From a bacterium (lineage in GTDB: Bacteria; UBA8248): 64,000 bases of DNA. The stretch lies in contig CBDATS010000004.1 in assembly GCA_965200245.1 (NCBI GenBank), positions 640,001 to 704,000 of the forward strand, written 5' to 3'. The notes beneath the pieces were generated by a model. The model searched no databases and was not told the origin of the DNA. It saw nothing but the letters and a program-made list of their open reading frames with translations. Shown piece by piece: positions 1 to 10,157 of the stretch (within the stretch, counting starts at the first letter, position 1; every line of letters begins with the position of its first letter). Made by a program: the position numbers and the translations under genes.

Positions 1-799
1 CGACGCCAGAGAACTTGAGAAGGCGCGCGTCGTTTTCTGGGTGGGCGAAGTGCTCGCCCCGAGTCTGGAGCGACCGCTCGCAATTCTGCCGAAACGGGCG
101 AAGGTCGTCGCATTGGCGCAGACGAAGGGTTTGGAACTGCTGAAGATCAGGAAAGGCGGCTTGTGGGAAGAGCATGACGATCATCACGACGATCATCACG
201 ACGATCACAAGCATTCCAAGGCCAGGGATGATCATCACGACGAGAAGGCCGGTGGTCATCACGCACATGAGCATCGCGGCAGTATTGATGTGCACATCTG
301 GCTCGATCCCATGAACGCCAGCAAATGGGTGGACGCCATCGCGCACGAACTTGGAGAAGTGGACTCCAGGAACAGGAAGAAATACGAGTCGAACGCGCAA
401 AATCTGAAAGCCCGCATCAACAATCTGCACAAAGAACTCGCGCGCTCATTTGCGCCAGTGCGAGGCGCACCCTACATCGTCTTTCACGATGCGTATCAAT
501 ACATGGAGAAACGTTACGGGCTGAACGCCATCGGATCGGTGACCCTCTCACCCGAGAAAAAGCCGGGTGCGGCGCGTCTGGTAGCGATACAGAGGAAGAT
601 CAGGAATACGAAGTCGCTCTGTGTGTTCACCGAGCCGCAGTTTCAGCCCAGATTGGTGAATGTCATCCTGGAGGGAACGGACGCCGGAACCGGCGTGCTC
701 GACCCCTTGGGAGCGGATATACCCGCAGGTGAGGACGCATATTTTACTCTCATGCGAAACATGGCGAAATCGCTCAAGGGGTGTCTTGCTCGCAAATAA
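1..799 (+). CDS. znuA: Zinc ABC transporter substrate-binding protein (5' end outside window)
   Basis: His/Asp-rich loop, HIWLDP, VFHDAYQY, CVFTEPQF and LDPLG motifs. Confidence 0.93.
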   Translation, partial: DARELEKARVVFWVGEVLAPSLERPLAILPKRAKVVALAQTKGLELLKIRKGGLWEEHDDHHDDHHDDHKHSKARDDHHDEKAGGHHAHEHRGSIDVHIWLDPMNASKWVDAIAHELGEVDSRNRKKYESNAQNLKARINNLHKELARSFAPVRGAPYIVFHDAYQYMEKRYGLNAIGSVTLSPEKKPGAARLVAIQRKIRNTKSLCVFTEPQFQPRLVNVILEGTDAGTGVLDPLGADIPAGEDAYFTLMRNMAKSLKGCLARK

Positions 800-860
800 T
801 CCGTGCGGCATCCCCCCGGGGATATGAACAAGCCTGCCCTGTTCCCCAGCATATCTTCGG

Positions 861-893
861 GAAGCCGCCCGCTTTCTTGTTGCGGCGGCTTTC
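861..893 (+). terminator. Putative intrinsic terminator after znuA
   Basis: GAAGCCGCC...GGCGGCTTTC hairpin; composition becomes AT-richer just after it. Confidence 0.45.
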
Positions 894-894
894 A

Positions 895-1378
895 ATGGCC
901 CCTATACGTTCCATAGTTTTCAGGGAAGTTTTTGATGAATATGTACATCCATGGGAAAATCTGAAAATGACAAAAAAGTTTGATTCTTGGGATGAATTCC
1001 TGGATTGGGCGGAAAGTACCTCGCCCACTTTGGAACTGAACGAATTCAGGTACGGTCCAACGGAACCGAAATTAACTCCTGATCTTTCAGATGAATTTAA
1101 AGAAGATTGGAAAGAACTTGATGATGATACCAAAAAGAAAGTCATAAAAATGATTAGAACGATGATATTCAGTGGAGAACCACTCACGGATTCCATATAT
1201 GATGATCATGAAATAACGGTTGGAGCACAAAGGGGATATCGAGCTGCCCGTGTTCCGAGCGAGGGCGATGATCTTTCTCCTAATCCATAAAATTGGCACA
1301 AAGAAATCAGGGTTGGCATGTCCATCAAACCACGACGAATTGTTTTCGCCAGATACAGGAAAGACGGGAATTATATGA
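895..1378 (+). pseudogene. Family-A peptide fused to a frameshifted YafQ/RelE-like toxin
   Basis: HPWENLKMTKKFDSWDEFLD then SDEFKEDWK...GEPLTDSIYDDH...GDDL; after a +1 shift at ~1275 it continues LLIHKI...SNHDELF; paralog of 32715..33194. Confidence 0.75.
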
Positions 1379-1400
1379 TTAACTTGGCAATGTATATTTG

Positions 1401-1408
1401 GATAAATA
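1401..1408 (+). promoter_or_regulatory. Possible T4-like late promoter (NATAAATA)
   Basis: GATAAATA about 30 nt upstream of ATG 1438; a short motif in AT-rich DNA, could be chance. Confidence 0.3.
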
Positions 1409-1437
1409 AAGTTTGATATATAAAGGGAAAATCAGAC

Positions 1438-2469
1438 ATGCCAGGCCATCGAAAAATGTTGGAAATGTTTCTGGAAGCCGCAGACGGGTTTCCGATTATC
1501 CGCAATGGCGAAAACGCAAGCGATTATACCCGCAGAATTGGCAGACTGTATAAAGGCTGGATACTTGAATCGGGGATACACATCAACCCCGTCAGAATGG
1601 AGAATGCCGTGGATATAATCGAGGGCGAAGCCTTTGATCGATGGCACGACCACATCGCGACACCGAGCACGGCCGTGTGGGACATGGAGTTTCCAAAATA
1701 AGCCATCTTGCGCCAGACGATGAAACAACCCACGGGCCCCGTCACCAAGGCGACGCCTACTCCGCCCATGAATCCCCTCAATATGAAATCCTCCATCAGT
1801 TGCCTCCGTGATGGCGATGGGCTTCCTCGGGTTCGACAGGGAATATCTCCCCCTCCGGTCCGTGAACATGGTCGTGGCTGTGGGTGTAAATCGCCAGACT
1901 CTCCGCCTGTTTTCCGAACAAGGCGAGGTATTCGGGATGTTTGCTCACGGCTGTGGGATGTCCCGAGCAACAAAGGAGATGAACACAAGTATTACGATCT
2001 GGATGATGAAGAGAGATGCAAAAACAAAGGCGAACTGGGGAAATGGGTAAAGGAAGAGTCTGCATTTGTGGCCGATATAGATGACCCGCATGGCGATGGC
2101 GAGCGGCTGAAAGAAGACCTGATATACTTTGGTAAGAGATATGACCAAGACGGAGTACTGTTCCTGCCCCTGTATGACGATTATGTTTTTGAAATAGACC
2201 CAGAAACCAGCGAAATGGAAAAGAAAGGCAGGAAAAGCAAGGTCCTAGAAGTGATGCAGAAACTCACGGGCGGATATACCAGGATAAGGAACAGGTTCTT
2301 CCAATTCAGTGAAGTGCGCGAAATCCCGATGCTCAGCTGGTTTGATACTATATCGGAAAGGATATCATATCAAAGACATTTCAACAGCGGAAAGACATTG
2401 GAAGAAATGCAAAAAAAAGAATCCTGGCTATTATTGGGGAAGATGGTGTCTGGAACCATACGAAGATGA
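1438..2469 (+). pseudogene. Phage-like (T4-type) hypothetical gene interrupted by a host znuCB fragment
   Basis: N-part 1438-~1651; C-part ~1973-2469 has VKEESAFV...FGKRYDQDGVLF...GYTRIRNRFF, resembling a conserved myovirus protein (from recall). Confidence 0.5.
1652..1972 (-). pseudogene. Fragment spanning znuC 3' end and znuB 5' end
   Basis: CCSGHPTAVSKHPEYLALFG...YTHSHDH (ZnuC C-term), stop overlapping MEDFILRGFMGGVGVALVTGPVGCFIVWRKMAYFGNSMSHTAVLGVAM (ZnuB N-term); both truncated. Confidence 0.88.
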
Positions 2470-2478
2470 TGACGATGA

Positions 2479-2739
2479 TTGGTATGGGAGATAAGTATGA
2501 GAAGATGGCAGACGGAATTTGTACCTTTCGCGGATAGAGTTGTCTATATACCTTTCCGCCCATTCAGGGGCATACGTCCGCAGGTGGGCGATGAAGTGGA
2601 GTTTCTGGACCATGAGACCCAGGAATCGACGGGGGTAGTCGAGAAGATCGGCCGTGTACTCCGCAGCAGATACGAATCATTCCATAGCAGACGATCCGCC
2701 TACGTGATTCTTGAAAAGGATATGGATAGGTGGGATTGA
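2479..2739 (+). CDS. Small hypothetical protein
   Basis: Co-oriented ORF; GGGAG upstream of alternative ATG 2497. Confidence 0.5.
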   Translation: MVWEISMRRWQTEFVPFADRVVYIPFRPFRGIRPQVGDEVEFLDHETQESTGVVEKIGRVLRSRYESFHSRRSAYVILEKDMDRWD

Positions 2740-2741
2740 TA

Positions 2742-2921
2742 ATGGCAATTATTCAATTATTGCAGTCACGTATAGTCATCCATATAATTCACGGAAATAC
2801 AAAAAAGGAAGCAGTGGAAATATACGAGGATTTGGAACCGGGAATTTATCGTCAAGCTATTGAAGGAGTTTGGATGAAGCGGCTAGCCTATTGTTGCGGA
2901 AAGTTGAAGTGCGTCATATAG
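2742..2921 (+). CDS. Small hypothetical protein
   Basis: ORF directly follows the previous one. Confidence 0.35.
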   Translation: MAIIQLLQSRIVIHIIHGNTKKEAVEIYEDLEPGIYRQAIEGVWMKRLAYCCGKLKCVI

Positions 2922-3091
2922 AAGACCCGAATTAAAATACTTTGGGGATCATTATATATAAATCCCTGAAATATTCATGCCCGCACATTGCAGGGGTGGT
3001 TCGCGAACCGCCCCTGCATGAGTTCCAGACCCTGTAAATGGTCCTTGCCCGTATCTAATGGGACTTTATTGATCGAGCAAACCCTCGCTCC

Positions 3092-4066
3092 TCACTCGGG
3101 GTTCACCTTGTCCAGAATACCGGTCGCCTCCAGGTCCCTGCGGAACGCCTCCTTCTCCCGCTGCGTGAGGGGCACGATGGGCGGACGCGGATCCCCCGAG
3201 GGCAGACCCAGAAGCCTCGTCCATTCCTTCAGGTACGCCGTCGTCCGTCCGTTCGGACCCGTCGTGAAGTACTTCCTCCGCACCGCGCGCAGCGGTTCCA
3301 GTGAATAGTTGATCTGCCACGCCCTCTCCGTCTCCCCCGACAGCGCCGCCTCGTAGTAGTCGCGGATCGGCGTGTAGCCCGGCACCTGGAACAGGTACGG
3401 AAGCGGCGAGGACATGTGCACCTGCATCCCAAGGTGCAGGAGACTCACCAGGAAGTGCTCCTCGTTCGGGTCGCACACCACTATCTCCTCCCCCACGCGA
3501 CGCCGCACCTCGCTCTGGTGCGCCATGCTGGGAACCGCGTTCTTGATGCAGCAGATGTTCTCCAGTTCGCAGAGCCGCTCGATCAGTTCGGGACTCAGCG
3601 TCGTCCCCGATTTCGGCTGGTTGAACAGCGACAGCCCGATGTCCACCTGCTCGCAGATCGTCCGGAAGTACAGGAATATCTCCTCGTCGTCGTGCGCCCC
3701 GTACACCGGGTTGATCATGATCGCGTAGTCCGCACCCACCTCCTCGGCGCGCCTCGTCAGTTCCACCGCTTCCCGGATGTTGATGTGCGGCGTGTGCGGT
3801 ATCGTCTGCGCAACCCCACGGCTCTCCTCGCACACGATGTGCTGCACACGCCTGCGCTCCTCGGGAGAGAGCGACCAGAACTCCCCCATCAGGCCGTTGC
3901 AGAAAAACCCGTCGATCCGCAGGTCGTCGATGCAGGTCCGGACGAAGCGCCGCAGACCATCCTCGTCCAGCTCCCCCGCGGGCGTGAACGGCGTCGTCAG
4001 CGCCGCCCAGACGCCCCTCATGTGTTCCCGGCAGTACGCCTTCGCCTCGCCCTTCGTGTATTCCAT
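3092..4066 (-). CDS. Dihydrodipicolinate synthase-family aldolase/lyase
   Basis: ALTTPF, GLMGEFWSLS, LFNQP, CCIKN motifs; GGAGGAG RBS. Confidence 0.88.
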   Translation of the reverse strand: MEYTKGEAKAYCREHMRGVWAALTTPFTPAGELDEDGLRRFVRTCIDDLRIDGFFCNGLMGEFWSLSPEERRRVQHIVCEESRGVAQTIPHTPHINIREAVELTRRAEEVGADYAIMINPVYGAHDDEEIFLYFRTICEQVDIGLSLFNQPKSGTTLSPELIERLCELENICCIKNAVPSMAHQSEVRRRVGEEIVVCDPNEEHFLVSLLHLGMQVHMSSPLPYLFQVPGYTPIRDYYEAALSGETERAWQINYSLEPLRAVRRKYFTTGPNGRTTAYLKEWTRLLGLPSGDPRPPIVPLTQREKEAFRRDLEATGILDKVNPE

Positions 4067-4127
4067 CTCCTCCCCCCATAAGCAGTCGGTAACGAAATCC
4101 CCGGACAGACTCTCCCCCGCCCACTCC

Positions 4128-5321
4128 CTACCCGGCAGGAAGGCCCGTGATCCGAGAACTCATCTTGATGCGGTAGATGTGGTTGTTCCCCGCTCCGTGC
4201 AGAAACGATATCACGTCGCGGAGGTATTTCTCGACCGGACAATCCCGCATGTAGCCCAGCCCCCCGTGCACCTCCAGAGAGAGCCGGCACACCTCGTACG
4301 CCGCTTCCGAGCACACCACCTTCGTCAGACACGACAGCTTCGGATCGTACTCCTCCGCGTAATCCACCGCCCAGGAGGTGCGCCACAGTACCGAACGCGC
4401 CGTTTCCAGACGCGTGTACATCTCCCCGATCATCTGTGCAACCGCCTGATGTCCCCCGATGGGCTTGCCGCCCTGCACCCGTTCCCGGGAATAGCTAACC
4501 GCGGCATCGAAGGCAGAACGACCCGCGCCCAGCACAGTCGCTCCGTAACCTCCCCTCCCGCGGGCAAGACGGCTTGTGCGCAACGCCTCCGCCTGACCCT
4601 CTTCCTCTCCCAAGCGGTTCAAGGCTGCAACCTCGGCGTTCTCGAAAACGAGCGTGGCGTTGCTCAGGAGGCGGCGACCCATCTTGTCGTGAATCCGGCC
4701 AACGCTAAGGCCCGGAGTGTCCGAGGGGACGAGGAACGGCGTCATCCCCTTGAGGCCTCCTTTCGTCCTGTCGGTGCGTGTGTAGACGATGTAGAGCCTA
4801 GCCGTTCCGCCGTTGCTGATAAAACTCTTGACCCCGTTCAGTATATAGACGTCTCCTTTGCGTTTGGCGCTCATCTGCACACCTGATCCGACGGCAGTAT
4901 AGGGCAGCACATGATCCGTGCCTGAATCGGGCTCGGTCATGCATGTCGCCAGATGATAGTGGTGGTCTGAGACGAATGCCGGAAGGAAACGTTCCTTTTG
5001 CTCGTCGTTCGTCCAGTGTTCGAGGATGGGCGTGAACTTCCAGGTCTGATCGAAGGTGGCTGCCACGCCGAGATCCCCGGCCCCGAGTTCCTCGCCCACG
5101 ATGGAAAGCGTAAGCATGTCGGCCCCGCCGCCGTGCTCATCAGACAGCGCCAGTGTGCGCAGGCCGAGTTTCGAGCCCTCCTCAACGACCTCGGTGGGGA
5201 TGCACTCAAGCGGATTCGGGTTCCGGTCGAATTCCGCAGCAATGGGGCGCACGTGCCGCTCGACATAGTCGCGCGCGAGTTTTTGAAGGGCCTTTTGTTC
5301 GTCGCTCAGCGAAAAATCCAA
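4128..5321 (-). CDS. Acyl-CoA dehydrogenase
   Basis: CMTEPDSGTD, LNGVKSFISNG, RVQGGKPI, HGGLGYM. Confidence 0.93.
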   Translation of the reverse strand: MDFSLSDEQKALQKLARDYVERHVRPIAAEFDRNPNPLECIPTEVVEEGSKLGLRTLALSDEHGGGADMLTLSIVGEELGAGDLGVAATFDQTWKFTPILEHWTNDEQKERFLPAFVSDHHYHLATCMTEPDSGTDHVLPYTAVGSGVQMSAKRKGDVYILNGVKSFISNGGTARLYIVYTRTDRTKGGLKGMTPFLVPSDTPGLSVGRIHDKMGRRLLSNATLVFENAEVAALNRLGEEEGQAEALRTSRLARGRGGYGATVLGAGRSAFDAAVSYSRERVQGGKPIGGHQAVAQMIGEMYTRLETARSVLWRTSWAVDYAEEYDPKLSCLTKVVCSEAAYEVCRLSLEVHGGLGYMRDCPVEKYLRDVISFLHGAGNNHIYRIKMSSRITGLPAG

Positions 5322-5966
5322 TGCTCCTCCTTCCAGCCAGACATTCGAGAGAAGGCAGGCAAGGGGCGCGCAGATATTCCATCCAAAGGAAAAAACACGT
5401 CATGCCGGATCGACATTCCTGCCTATGGAATGTGCGCTTCAACGAATAATTCAACATCTATAATCGGGAGTTCCCTGTCAATCCACTCGGCTGAATTTTA
5501 TGGCGTAGCGCACATTCTTGCACGCGATGGGATCGTCCGTATCCCGGGACATCAGTGGCCAACCCCTGCCTGCGTCTTGAGTCCGATCAGGACGCTCTCC
5601 TTTACGCGCATCCCCCCCGCCCAGGCTGCCGGGAATCGTCGTGCAGATCCGCATATGGCAAAATACCTGTTTCATCCCGAGGAAAGCGTCATACCCGCCT
5701 ATCGCTTCGAGGATTTGCCCACCGTGCAGCACAATTCGAACTTCTCAAGTTACCGGGGGAGTCGACCAGGGGCGAAATACATGTGTTTTGGGGCCGTGTG
5801 GAGCAGAAAATCAAGGTCCGCTTCAGTTTACGCGATGGGCAGTCGCAAAAACAGTTGCCAGGAGCGATGCGCGCAAGCTATCGGGCACTACGGCCCCAGG
5901 GATGAAGCGTTGGGACATTCACCGTCACGGAGGAGATCCCGGTGTCGACTGTGCGGTAACCTCTGG

Positions 5967-8900
5967 TCAGGCGTCTCCGATGACGATCAGCAGGTCCTTG
6001 GCATCGACTGTGGTGCCGACCGACGCAACAACCTTCTCAACGACGCCGCCGTGCTCCGCGCGGATCACGGTTTCCATCTTCATCGCCTCGATCGCCGCCA
6101 GCACGTCACCTTCCTCGATCGCTTCGCCTTCTGCGAAGAACACCTTGGTCACCATCCCCGGCATCGGTGCACCGACATGGCCGGTGTTTCCTTCCTCGGC
6201 CTTGGGCAGCGCCACGCCTGAGGCTGCGGCACTGCGGTCAGCGACGCGCACGGTCCTGGGTTGGCCGTTCAACTCGAAGAATACCGTGCATTCGCCCTTC
6301 CGATCAGTCTCGCTCCGCGTAAGGTAGCGAATGAAAAGGGTGCGTCCGCGGTCGATGTCCACGGAGATTTCCTCGCCCGGCTCCATGCCGTAAAAGAAAA
6401 CCGGCGTAGGCAGAACGCTCACATCACTGTATTCGCGCCGCGCGGCGACGTAGTCGGTAAATACCTGGGGATACATCAGCCAGGAGGCGAATTCGACATC
6501 GCTGATGGGGCGTTGGGCCTTTTTTTCGGCTTCCGCGCGTTCAGCTTCGAGATCAGCCTCTGACAACACCGATCCGGGCCGTACGGTAATCGGCTCCCTT
6601 CCTTTGAGTATCTTCTCCTGCAAGGCGCGGGGAAAACCGCCGTGCGGCTGCCCCAGTTCGCCCGCGAACAACGAGACCACCGATTCTGGAAAGGCAATCT
6701 CGCGCTCGGGACTGACCACGTCTTCGGGCGTCAGCCCACCCGTCACCATCATCAACGCCATGTCGCCGACCACCTTGGAGGAGGGCGTCACCTTCACGAT
6801 ATCGCCGAACATGCGGTTTACCTCGGCGAAAGCCCGCGAGACCTCCGGCCATCGCTGGTTGTCGATGCCCAGTGCCCGCGCCTGTTCGCGCAGATTGGTG
6901 TATTGGCCGCCCGGAATTCCGTGGTCGTAGACATCCGACGTGCCGGCGCGGAAATCGCTCTCGAAGTCGCGGTAGAGGTTACGCACCTGCTCCCAATAGG
7001 TGGAGAGCATCATCACCGTATCAGGGTCGATTCCGGGGTCGCGCCCGGAGTGGCGCAAAGCCGCAGTGATCGAACCGAAACTTGGCTGCGAGGTGAGACC
7101 ACTCATCGAATCCATCGCCGCATCCACAGCATCGACCCCGGCCTCCACTGCAGCGAGCACGCTTGCGGCGGAAATTCCGCTGGTATCGTGGGTGTGGAAG
7201 TGGATGGGTATACCGATCTCCTGCTTCAGTGTCTCGACAAGCGTCCGAGCTGCCGCCGGCTTGCAAAGACCCGCCATGTCCTTGAGACCCAGTATATGGG
7301 CACCTGCCGCCTCGAGTTCCCGGGCGAGTGCGACATAGTACTTCAGGTCATACTTGGTGAGGTTGGGATCGGTAATGTCGCCGGTGTAGCAGATCGCCGC
7401 CTCGCAGAGTTTGCCGGTTTCCAGTACCGCATCCATCGCCGTGCGCATGTTCTCGACCCAGTTGAGCGAATCGAAGATGCGGAAAAGGTCGATCCCGTTC
7501 TCGGCCGACCGGCGCACGAAATAGCGTACCACGTTGTCGGGGTAAGTGGTGTAGCCGACGCCGTTCGACGCGCGCAGGAGCATCTGGGTCAGGATGTTGG
7601 GCATCGCGGCGCGCAGCCGTTCCAGCCACGCCCAGGGACATTCATTGAGAAAGCGCATCGCCACGTCGAAGGTAGCACCTCCCCAGCATTCGACCGAGAA
7701 AAGCCGGGGCAGCAACCGCGCATAGACCGGCGCGATGGCGACCAGGTCGTAACTGCGGACCCGTGTCGCCAGAAGCGACTGATGCGCGTCCCGGAACGTG
7801 GTGTCGGTCATCAGCACCTGTTCCTGATCGAGCATCCACTGGGCGAAAGCCTCGGGCCCGAGGGCATCGAACAACTGGCGCGAACCATCCTGAACCCCGA
7901 CGCCGGAGACTTCCGGCACGTTCGGAGTCTGGTGCGTCGGCGGTTCGGGCCGTCCCTCGACGGCGCCGTTGCCGTTCACGATCACGTTCCCCAGATAACG
8001 CAGCAACCGCGTCGCGCGGTCTCGCCTGTAGGCGAAGGTGAACAGTTCTGGCGTCTCGTCGACGAAGCGCGTCGTGCAGGCACCTTCCAGAAACTGGCGA
8101 TGGCCGATGACGTTTTCCAAAAAGGCGAGGTTGGTGGCGACACCGCGGATACGGAATTCGCGAATCGAGCGGTCCATCCGCCGGATCGCCTCCTCGAACG
8201 TCGGCGCCCAAACCGTCACCTTCTCCAGCAGCGAATCGTAGAACGGCGTAATTCGCGCGCCCGAATAGGCTGTGCCGCCGTCCAGGCGCACATCGAACCC
8301 GGTAGCACCGCGATAGGCGGTGAGCACGCCGTAATCCGGAATGAAATTGTTTTCCGGATCCTCCGTGGTCACCCGGCACTGCATGGCGTGACCGTTCACC
8401 CGAATCTCGTCCTGGCCCGGGATTTCGCTATCAGGCGCGCCGATAGCGGCTCCGCCTGCGATGCGGATTTGCGCCTTCACCAGATCCACTCCGGTCACCA
8501 TCTCGGTGACCGTATGTTCCACCTGGATGCGCGGGTTCACTTCGATGAAGTGGAACGAACCGGTGTCATCGTCGACCAGAAACTCGACGGTCCCTGCGTT
8601 ATTGTAGCCTACCGCGCGGCCTATTCTGAGCGCACTCTCGTGGATCGCCGCACGGGTCGCCTCGTCGAGATAATGTGCCGGTGCCTGCTCGACGATCTTC
8701 TGGTTGCGCCGCTGCACCGAACAGTCCCGCTCGTGGAGATGGACAAGGTTGCCGTGATTGTCGCCGAGTATCTGGACCTCTACGTGCCGTGCGTGGCGAA
8801 TCAGCTTTTCGAGATACACCTCGTCATTCCCGAATGCCGCCAGGCACTCGCGTCGCGCGGCTTCGACCGCATCGGCGAATTCGGCCTCGTTCTCGATCGT

Positions 8901-9431
8901 GCGCATACCGCGCCCGCCGCCGCCCCAACTCGCCTTCAGCATGACGGGAAAACCCACCTCCCGGGCGAGGTGCGCGGCCTCTTGCCGGTCGTGCGGGAGC
9001 GGGCCAGTCGCAGGCACCACCGGAACTTCCGCCGACAGTGCTATCTCCCGCGCCGCCACCTTGTTGCCGAGCGCGCGCATTATCTCGGGCCTGGGACCGA
9101 CGAGGACGATTCCTGCGTCCGCGCAAGCTTCGGAGAACTCGGGATTCTCGGCCAGGAAGCCGTATCCGGGGTGGATCGCATCGGCAGCGTTCTCGCGCGC
9201 AACGCGGATCACCTCGTCGATGCTGAGATAGGCCTCGATCGGACCCATGCCCCGGCCTATCAGATAGGCTTCATCGGCCTTGAAGCGATGAAGCGCGAAG
9301 CGATCCTCCTGCGAGTAGATCGCGATTGTCGCGATGCCGAGTTCGACCGAGGCGCGAAACACGCGAATGGCGATTTCGCTCCGGTTGGCGACCAGGAGCC
9401 GACGGAAATTTGTCTGCCGCTGGTTGATCAT
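5967..9431 (-). CDS. pyc: Pyruvate carboxylase
   Basis: BC domain (LVANRSEIAIR, GGGGRGMR), CT domain (DTTFRDAHQS, HTHDT), biotinyl EAMKME. Confidence 0.97.
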   Translation of the reverse strand: MINQRQTNFRRLLVANRSEIAIRVFRASVELGIATIAIYSQEDRFALHRFKADEAYLIGRGMGPIEAYLSIDEVIRVARENAADAIHPGYGFLAENPEFSEACADAGIVLVGPRPEIMRALGNKVAAREIALSAEVPVVPATGPLPHDRQEAAHLAREVGFPVMLKASWGGGGRGMRTIENEAEFADAVEAARRECLAAFGNDEVYLEKLIRHARHVEVQILGDNHGNLVHLHERDCSVQRRNQKIVEQAPAHYLDEATRAAIHESALRIGRAVGYNNAGTVEFLVDDDTGSFHFIEVNPRIQVEHTVTEMVTGVDLVKAQIRIAGGAAIGAPDSEIPGQDEIRVNGHAMQCRVTTEDPENNFIPDYGVLTAYRGATGFDVRLDGGTAYSGARITPFYDSLLEKVTVWAPTFEEAIRRMDRSIREFRIRGVATNLAFLENVIGHRQFLEGACTTRFVDETPELFTFAYRRDRATRLLRYLGNVIVNGNGAVEGRPEPPTHQTPNVPEVSGVGVQDGSRQLFDALGPEAFAQWMLDQEQVLMTDTTFRDAHQSLLATRVRSYDLVAIAPVYARLLPRLFSVECWGGATFDVAMRFLNECPWAWLERLRAAMPNILTQMLLRASNGVGYTTYPDNVVRYFVRRSAENGIDLFRIFDSLNWVENMRTAMDAVLETGKLCEAAICYTGDITDPNLTKYDLKYYVALARELEAAGAHILGLKDMAGLCKPAAARTLVETLKQEIGIPIHFHTHDTSGISAASVLAAVEAGVDAVDAAMDSMSGLTSQPSFGSITAALRHSGRDPGIDPDTVMMLSTYWEQVRNLYRDFESDFRAGTSDVYDHGIPGGQYTNLREQARALGIDNQRWPEVSRAFAEVNRMFGDIVKVTPSSKVVGDMALMMVTGGLTPEDVVSPEREIAFPESVVSLFAGELGQPHGGFPRALQEKILKGREPITVRPGSVLSEADLEAERAEAEKKAQRPISDVEFASWLMYPQVFTDYVAARREYSDVSVLPTPVFFYGMEPGEEISVDIDRGRTLFIRYLTRSETDRKGECTVFFELNGQPRTVRVADRSAAASGVALPKAEEGNTGHVGAPMPGMVTKVFFAEGEAIEEGDVLAAIEAMKMETVIRAEHGGVVEKVVASVGTTVDAKDLLIVIGDA

Positions 9432-10157
9432 GACACCCCCTCTGCGCCTGAGCGGAACTTCTGCCCACATGTTCACGGTTCTGATTCCAGCAAACGTCCG
9501 GGCCGGTTGGCTCCTCGTGAATCATCGGACCTGATACATGCTTCAAACCGGTGTCCACATGGCTCAGAGGCCAAACCGTCGATGCGTCACATCCATTACG
9601 GCAAGGACCCGGGCACTCCTGATCCTGAAACCAGTCCGCGTCAGTTCTTCCCCGTGAATACCAAGAACCGGCTCTGGATGCATTCTCACATGTTGCCGCA
9701 CGACCAGCCATCGTCGCATCGGGAAAGTCCGGCCCGGCGCGGACGAGAAATGCATTCGCCACTTCACATATTGTCCCATCGTGCCACCTGATTCCGGTGA
9801 ATGCCCAGGAAACCGGAAAGCGCGATCCTGCCCCTGCTCATCAGTCCCTGCTCGTTAATCTATCTTGCAATCACAGTTTCACACATTGCACGAGAAGACA
9901 CCAAATACGCTTGACCCATCGTATGTGGAATCATCATCCTTTTGGCGAGCGTACTCCCTGCGAACGGGCGCAACCTCATCACGAATCTTCATCGCCACCG
10001 GACGTGCCAAGCCCTGCCGCATCGGACAGCGCAGCAAATCATGCCGAGGGGAAAGTGCAGTTTGCGGTTCAAATCCCCGGGTTTCCCTCTTATCGAAGGG
10101 GAGCGCTCTGTACAGGAGAACCTCTTCTCCCTTCAAATCCCGTTGGCGCTTGCTGCC

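Larger units (their letters stand above)
895..2985. mobile_element. Small AT-richer island of phage-like gene remnants
   Basis: Composition shift; short ORFans; gene families shared with the 30-35 kb island; boundaries approximate. Confidence 0.65.

Noticed and set aside
170-275. GACGATCATCAC tandem repeats
   Set aside because: They encode the normal His/Asp-rich loop of ZnuA
6642-9791. 1049-aa plus-strand ORF and similar long antisense ORFs (46695..48461, 27493..29046, 18104..19399)
   Set aside because: Antisense shadows of well-supported genes in GC-rich DNA; no motifs
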